Source of the DNA: an uncultured Thermoanaerobaculia bacterium
Lineage (GTDB): Bacteria; Acidobacteriota; Thermoanaerobaculia; Multivoradales; Multivoraceae
Assembly (NCBI GenBank): GCA_951813015.1
Contig: CATOTG010000002.1
Location: 487,475-551,474 of the forward strand
Direction: 5' to 3'
DNA: 64,000 nt
In this document: one piece after another, positions 59,837 through 64,000 of the stretch
Layout of the letters: every line of letters starts with the position of its first letter
Numbering within the stretch: position 1 is the stretch's first letter
Translations under genes and position numbers: made by a program
The notes under the pieces: model-generated
Told to the model about the DNA's origin: nothing
What the model saw: only the letters and a program-made list of their open reading frames with translations
Databases searched by the model: none

Positions 59837-61177
59837 ATGAGATTCAGAAGTCGCGGTCGAACCATCGGTCTGGGTTCGGCCCTGGGACTCACATTGCTGC
59901 TGGCGCTGTTCGGCGCCGCACCCGCGGCAGCGCAGGAAGGCGTGGACAGCGGCGATACCGCATGGATGCTGACCGCCAGCGCCCTGGTTCTGCTGATGAC
60001 GCCGGGACTCGCGTTCTTCTATGGCGGACTCGTCCGGCGCAAGAACGTCCTGTCGATCCTCATGCAGTGCTTCCTGTGCATGGGCTTGATGACCGTACTC
60101 TGGGTCGTCATTGGCTTCAGCCTGGCCTTCGGCTCCGACGCCCTCGGGGGCGTCATCGGCGGCGGCGACTACTTCCTGCTGGCCAACCTGGGCTACGACG
60201 CCTGGGACGGCACCGGCATTCCGGCGCCATTGTTCATGATCTTCCAGGGCATGTTCGCCATCATCACGCCCGCGCTCATGATCGGCGCCTTCGCGGAACG
60301 GATGAAGTTCAGCGCCATCTGCCTGTTCATGAGCGCCTGGCTGCTCGTGGTCTACGCCCCCGTCTGCCACTGGGTGTGGGGCGGCTCGGAAGGTTTCTTC
60401 GGCCTCGGCGGCGACGGCGCCCTCGACTTTGCCGGCGGCACGGTCGTCCACATCAACGCCGGTGTATCGGCGCTGGTCGCGGCGCTCGTCCTGGGCCGCC
60501 GCAAAGGCTACCCGACTCATACGTCGCCGCCGCACAACCTGCCCTTCGCCGTTCTCGGTACCGGCCTGCTCTGGTTCGGGTGGTTCGGCTTCAACGCCGG
60601 CAGCGCCGTGGCAGCCAACGGCTCGGCCGCCAACGCCTTCGTCGTCACCCAGGTGGCGACCGCGGCAGCGGCTGCCACCTGGGGGCTGATCGACTGGTTC
60701 CGCGACTCGAAGCCGACGCTTTTGGGCGTCATCACCGGCGCTGTGGCCGGACTCGTGGCGATCACTCCGGCCTGTGGCTCCGTCAGCGCAATCGGCGCGC
60801 TCGGTGTCGGCGGCGGCGCTTCCCTGTTCGCCTACCTGGCAGTCACCTGGTTCAAGTCGAAGCTCGGCTACGACGACTCGCTGGACGTCTTCGGCGTTCA
60901 CGGCGTCGCCGGGATGTGGGGCGCGGTCGCCGCCGGCCTCTGGGCCACCGACATGGTGCCCGGCAACGACACGAACGGCCTCTTCTACGGCAATGCCGGA
61001 CAGGTCGCCATTCAGCTCAAGGCCGTGCTCTTCACCATCGTGTGGGCCGCGGTCGTGTCGTTCGTGTTGCTTAAGATCGTCGACCTGATCGTCGGTCTTC
61101 GCGTCAGCGACGACGAGGAGCGGATCGGCCTCGATCTGACCGACCACCGCGAAAACGCTTACACCCTGGTCGACTAG
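59837..61177 (+). CDS. amtB: Ammonium transporter
   Basis: DSGDTAWML, FQGMFAIIT, DFAGGTVVH, LWFGWFGFNAGS, DDSLDVFGVHG; RBS gaggag. Confidence 0.97.
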   Translation: MRFRSRGRTIGLGSALGLTLLLALFGAAPAAAQEGVDSGDTAWMLTASALVLLMTPGLAFFYGGLVRRKNVLSILMQCFLCMGLMTVLWVVIGFSLAFGSDALGGVIGGGDYFLLANLGYDAWDGTGIPAPLFMIFQGMFAIITPALMIGAFAERMKFSAICLFMSAWLLVVYAPVCHWVWGGSEGFFGLGGDGALDFAGGTVVHINAGVSALVAALVLGRRKGYPTHTSPPHNLPFAVLGTGLLWFGWFGFNAGSAVAANGSAANAFVVTQVATAAAAATWGLIDWFRDSKPTLLGVITGAVAGLVAITPACGSVSAIGALGVGGGASLFAYLAVTWFKSKLGYDDSLDVFGVHGVAGMWGAVAAGLWATDMVPGNDTNGLFYGNAGQVAIQLKAVLFTIVWAAVVSFVLLKIVDLIVGLRVSDDEERIGLDLTDHRENAYTLVD

Positions 61178-61195
61178 GGCAGAAGGAGGAATGAC

Positions 61196-61537
61196 ATGAA
61201 GTACATCGTGGCCATCGTTCAGCCCGACCGAATGCAGGAGGTCCTCGATCTCCTGGAAGAGAAGGAAATCCATCTGCTGACCGTCTCCAACGTGATGGGG
61301 CGCGGTCGCCAGCGAGGCGTTGCCGAGGTCTACCGCGGCAACAAGGAAGCCGGCGCCCTGCTGCGCAAGCTCAAGCTGGAGATCGCGGTCAACGACGACT
61401 ACGTCGACATCGTGGTCGACGCGATCACGCGGGGCGCCCAGACCGGCAACGTCGGCGACGGCAAGATCTTCATCCTGCCGCTCGATGAGACGATCCGCAT
61501 TCGCACGGGCGAAACCGGCAACGTCGCGATCGGCTGA
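61196..61537 (+). CDS. glnK: PII nitrogen regulatory protein
   Basis: GRGRQRG..EVYRG, KLEIAV, TGNVGDGKIF, IRIRTGE; follows amtB. Confidence 0.95.
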   Translation: MKYIVAIVQPDRMQEVLDLLEEKEIHLLTVSNVMGRGRQRGVAEVYRGNKEAGALLRKLKLEIAVNDDYVDIVVDAITRGAQTGNVGDGKIFILPLDETIRIRTGETGNVAIG

Positions 61538-61563
61538 ACCAGCCGCATCGGATCTGCGGAGAA

Positions 61564-61601
61564 CGCGCCGCGGGAGCCATCGCTCCCCGGCGCGCTTCTT
61601 C
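61564..61601 (+). terminator. Probable intrinsic terminator between convergent genes
   Basis: gcgccgcgggagc-catc-gctccccggcgc followed by gcttcttc. Confidence 0.5.
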
Positions 61602-61612
61602 GTGTGGCGTCC

Positions 61613-64000
61613 TCAGTCGGACAGGCCGTCGAACAGCCGACGCAGGCCGTCCATCCGCTGGGCGATCAGGTCCCAGGCGCCCTCTTCGTCCGGCAACTGC
61701 CCCAGGCTGTGCAGGCGGCGCGCCAGAAACCGGAACTCGCTGCTCTGCCGATCCGGGACAACGAGGTCCTTGCTGTGACCCCGGACGATGCGCAGGCAGT
61801 TGATGACCGCCCGCAACAGACGGTATCCGGCCTCGAGCTGTTCGGACTCCTCGGGCGAGATGTGGCCACGTTCGTACAGCGCGCGGGCCGCGTCCTCGGT
61901 GTTCGTCTGACGCACTTCCGGGTCGTGCGCGCCGGCCGCGATCTGACGCACCTGGACGAAGTACTCCGCGTCGACCAGGCCGCCGGCGCTGAACTTCGCG
62001 TTCGTCGTGCCCCGAGCGACCAGTTCGGATCGCTGGCGGTTGCGCAGGTGCCGGATGCGCGCCAAATCGTGCGGCCGCGCATCGAACACGTAGGCAGCCC
62101 GGTGGGCTTCGATCCGGGCGCACAGGTCCGGGTCACCGGCGACCGTGCGCAGCCGAACCAGCGCCTGGCGTTCGTAGGGGTCGGCCTCGCCTGCCGCGCT
62201 GTAGTAAGACGAGAACCGCTGAAACGAGGCCGACAACGGCGAGGACGAACCACCGGGACGAAGGCGCCAGTCCAGCTCGAAGATCCCGTCCCGCTTGGCG
62301 CGAATCAGCCGGGCCAGCCGCACCGCCGCCCGCTCGTGGAACTCGCCCGCCCGCCCCTGCTCCGACCCTTCGGCACTCCACAGGAACATCAGCTCGATGT
62401 CCGAGGCGTAGCCGAGATCGCGTCCGCCCCACTTGCCAAGCGCGCAGAGCGACCAGGCGCCGGGCGCCGGACCGTCCCCCGCGACCTCGGCAACCGCCTC
62501 CTCGGCCGCCCGTGTGAGAACGACATCGGACAGGACCGAGAGTTCCCGTCCGAAGTCGCTGAAGCGCTCGATCCGACGGGTCAGGTGACGCATGTCGATG
62601 CGCCCGATCTCCTCGTTCTTGAACCGGTTGAGGACGTCGTCCGGCTTGTCCTGGCCTTCGAGTGCCGCGTCCAGCCGGCGCTCCAGTTCGCCCCGGTCGG
62701 CGCCGAAGTCCAGGTCGGCCATGTTGGCGAGAAGCGGCATCAGGTGCTCGTGCTGCCGGCGCAGGAACTCCTCCCAGACGTAGCTGCCGGCCCCCAGCAC
62801 CCGCGCCAGTTCGTCCAGCGACGACGCGAGCGCCTGGGTCGGATCGGCCACCTGTTCGCAGACGGCGTCGATCAGCGCCCCGAACTGGCGCAGAGCCAGG
62901 TGCGGGTTCGGCGCCACCGCCAACCGGCGCGCGAACTGCTTCATCAGCGTGACCGTGACGCGCAGGTTGTCCACGCCGACGCGATCCTCGATCTTGCCTC
63001 CGCGCCGGGTCGTCACAAAGAGCCGATCGCGCACCTCCCCGTCCACGGTGTCGAACTCGACCTTGTCGATCCAGTAGTCCCGGGTCGAGAGGACGTTCGC
63101 GAACTCGAACAGGAACATGAAGCTGTCCGGACTCCGGATCTCCAGAATCGTGCAGTCCTTGTCCGACTCGTTGTCGACGGAGATCGCAATCGGCGGCATG
63201 ACGTTCTCCGGATCGGCGCCGAGGCCCATCCGGCGCGCCGCCTCCATCACGCGCAGAGTCAAGTCCTCGTTCGCGCGTCGCTCTTCGCCCTTCTCGAGCA
63301 GCGTCAGCAACCGGTTCAGATCCCCCTCGAACTCGGTCCAGGAGAACACCTGACTCGAGTGTCCGGGCGCCGGCTGAACTTCGGCCGAAAACACGATCCG
63401 CCTCGGGCCGTGTTTCTCTTGCGGCCGGGACGCGACCTTCCGCCGGCGACGCCGGCGATCCGGCCGGAGCTGCGTCGCCCGCCCGGGTCGACGGTAGAAC
63501 TCGACCTCCCCCACGTCGTGGTACGTGTAGGAGCGGCCGCTCAGAATCGACTGGCCGTAGGCCGCAAGCAGGCCGCAGATCTTCGCGAACTCTCCCTGGT
63601 AGTCGTTGGCGACCACGGTCACCCGCCGCGTCGAACCCGTGTCGCGGACATCGACCCGGCAAAGCCGTTTCCGATCGAGATCGTGGATCATCTCCACGTG
63701 CTGCGCCACTTCGCCCACGGTGCAGGACAGGAAGTACGCACTCTCCAACCGCCTGAAGTGCTCTTCGATCAGTTCGGCGGGCAGATCCGGGCAGAGCTCC
63801 CGCACGCGGTGCTTCCGCTCGAGGAACTCGATCGTCTCGTCGAAGAACTCGCCGAAGATTCGGCGAACCGCGGCCGAGGTCTCCTCGTAGCGGCCCGCGA
63901 GGTCGAGCGTGTTCAGCGGCTGCCCCAGCGCGAAGGCCACCCGCCACTGGAAGGTCGCCCACTGCTTCGGCTCGCGCGGAAGCTGTCGCACCGGGAGATC
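61613..64000 (-). CDS. glnE: GlnE-like glutamine synthetase adenylyltransferase with internal GlnD-type ACT domains (5' end outside window)
   Basis: ALGKWGGRDLGYASDIELMF, ELDWRLRP.G, YERQALVR, NAKFSAGGLVDAEY; GlnD-like YF....VAQH and ISVDNESDKDCTILEIRSPD segments. Confidence 0.85.
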   Translation of the reverse strand, partial: DLPVRQLPREPKQWATFQWRVAFALGQPLNTLDLAGRYEETSAAVRRIFGEFFDETIEFLERKHRVRELCPDLPAELIEEHFRRLESAYFLSCTVGEVAQHVEMIHDLDRKRLCRVDVRDTGSTRRVTVVANDYQGEFAKICGLLAAYGQSILSGRSYTYHDVGEVEFYRRPGRATQLRPDRRRRRRKVASRPQEKHGPRRIVFSAEVQPAPGHSSQVFSWTEFEGDLNRLLTLLEKGEERRANEDLTLRVMEAARRMGLGADPENVMPPIAISVDNESDKDCTILEIRSPDSFMFLFEFANVLSTRDYWIDKVEFDTVDGEVRDRLFVTTRRGGKIEDRVGVDNLRVTVTLMKQFARRLAVAPNPHLALRQFGALIDAVCEQVADPTQALASSLDELARVLGAGSYVWEEFLRRQHEHLMPLLANMADLDFGADRGELERRLDAALEGQDKPDDVLNRFKNEEIGRIDMRHLTRRIERFSDFGRELSVLSDVVLTRAAEEAVAEVAGDGPAPGAWSLCALGKWGGRDLGYASDIELMFLWSAEGSEQGRAGEFHERAAVRLARLIRAKRDGIFELDWRLRPGGSSSPLSASFQRFSSYYSAAGEADPYERQALVRLRTVAGDPDLCARIEAHRAAYVFDARPHDLARIRHLRNRQRSELVARGTTNAKFSAGGLVDAEYFVQVRQIAAGAHDPEVRQTNTEDAARALYERGHISPEESEQLEAGYRLLRAVINCLRIVRGHSKDLVVPDRQSSEFRFLARRLHSLGQLPDEEGAWDLIAQRMDGLRRLFDGLSD

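Noticed and set aside
1..64000. tRNA, rRNA, integrase or prophage genes
   Set aside because: No cloverleaf, rRNA-like tract or recombinase motif was recognised by eye.

Overview
GC-rich bacterial chromosomal segment. It is most consistent with an Acidobacteriota (Thermoanaerobaculia-like) genome, inferred from a GWxTD-VWA protein, the CL..GRY..W..KVLDGC secreted domain and several LLM/PQQ/sulfatase enzymes. Most of the window holds metabolic and envelope genes: cbbQ/O-like pair, LLM oxidoreductases, M42 peptidase, cis-prenyltransferase, trkAH, FadB-like enzyme, aconitase X, acyl-CoA ligase, PQQ dehydrogenase, amtB-glnK and a GlnE-like enzyme with ACT domains. No rRNA, tRNA or CRISPR array was seen. 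An accessory mosaic at about 22.7-30.7 kb carries two related modules, each an M23 peptidase C-terminus followed by a secreted partner gene. The modules share a 322-bp near-identical constant segment, an arrangement resembling polymorphic toxin/immunity cassettes. One module lies inside a split MITE, and a second copy of that MITE (6.9-7.2 kb) carries a different insert at the same internal site. Also present are a second MITE with a target-site duplication, many gene scraps (hicA, mntA-like, IS3, Uma2, cupin, amine oxidase, amidase), and PHM-like and PAL-like proteins that appear to retain their catalytic residues.
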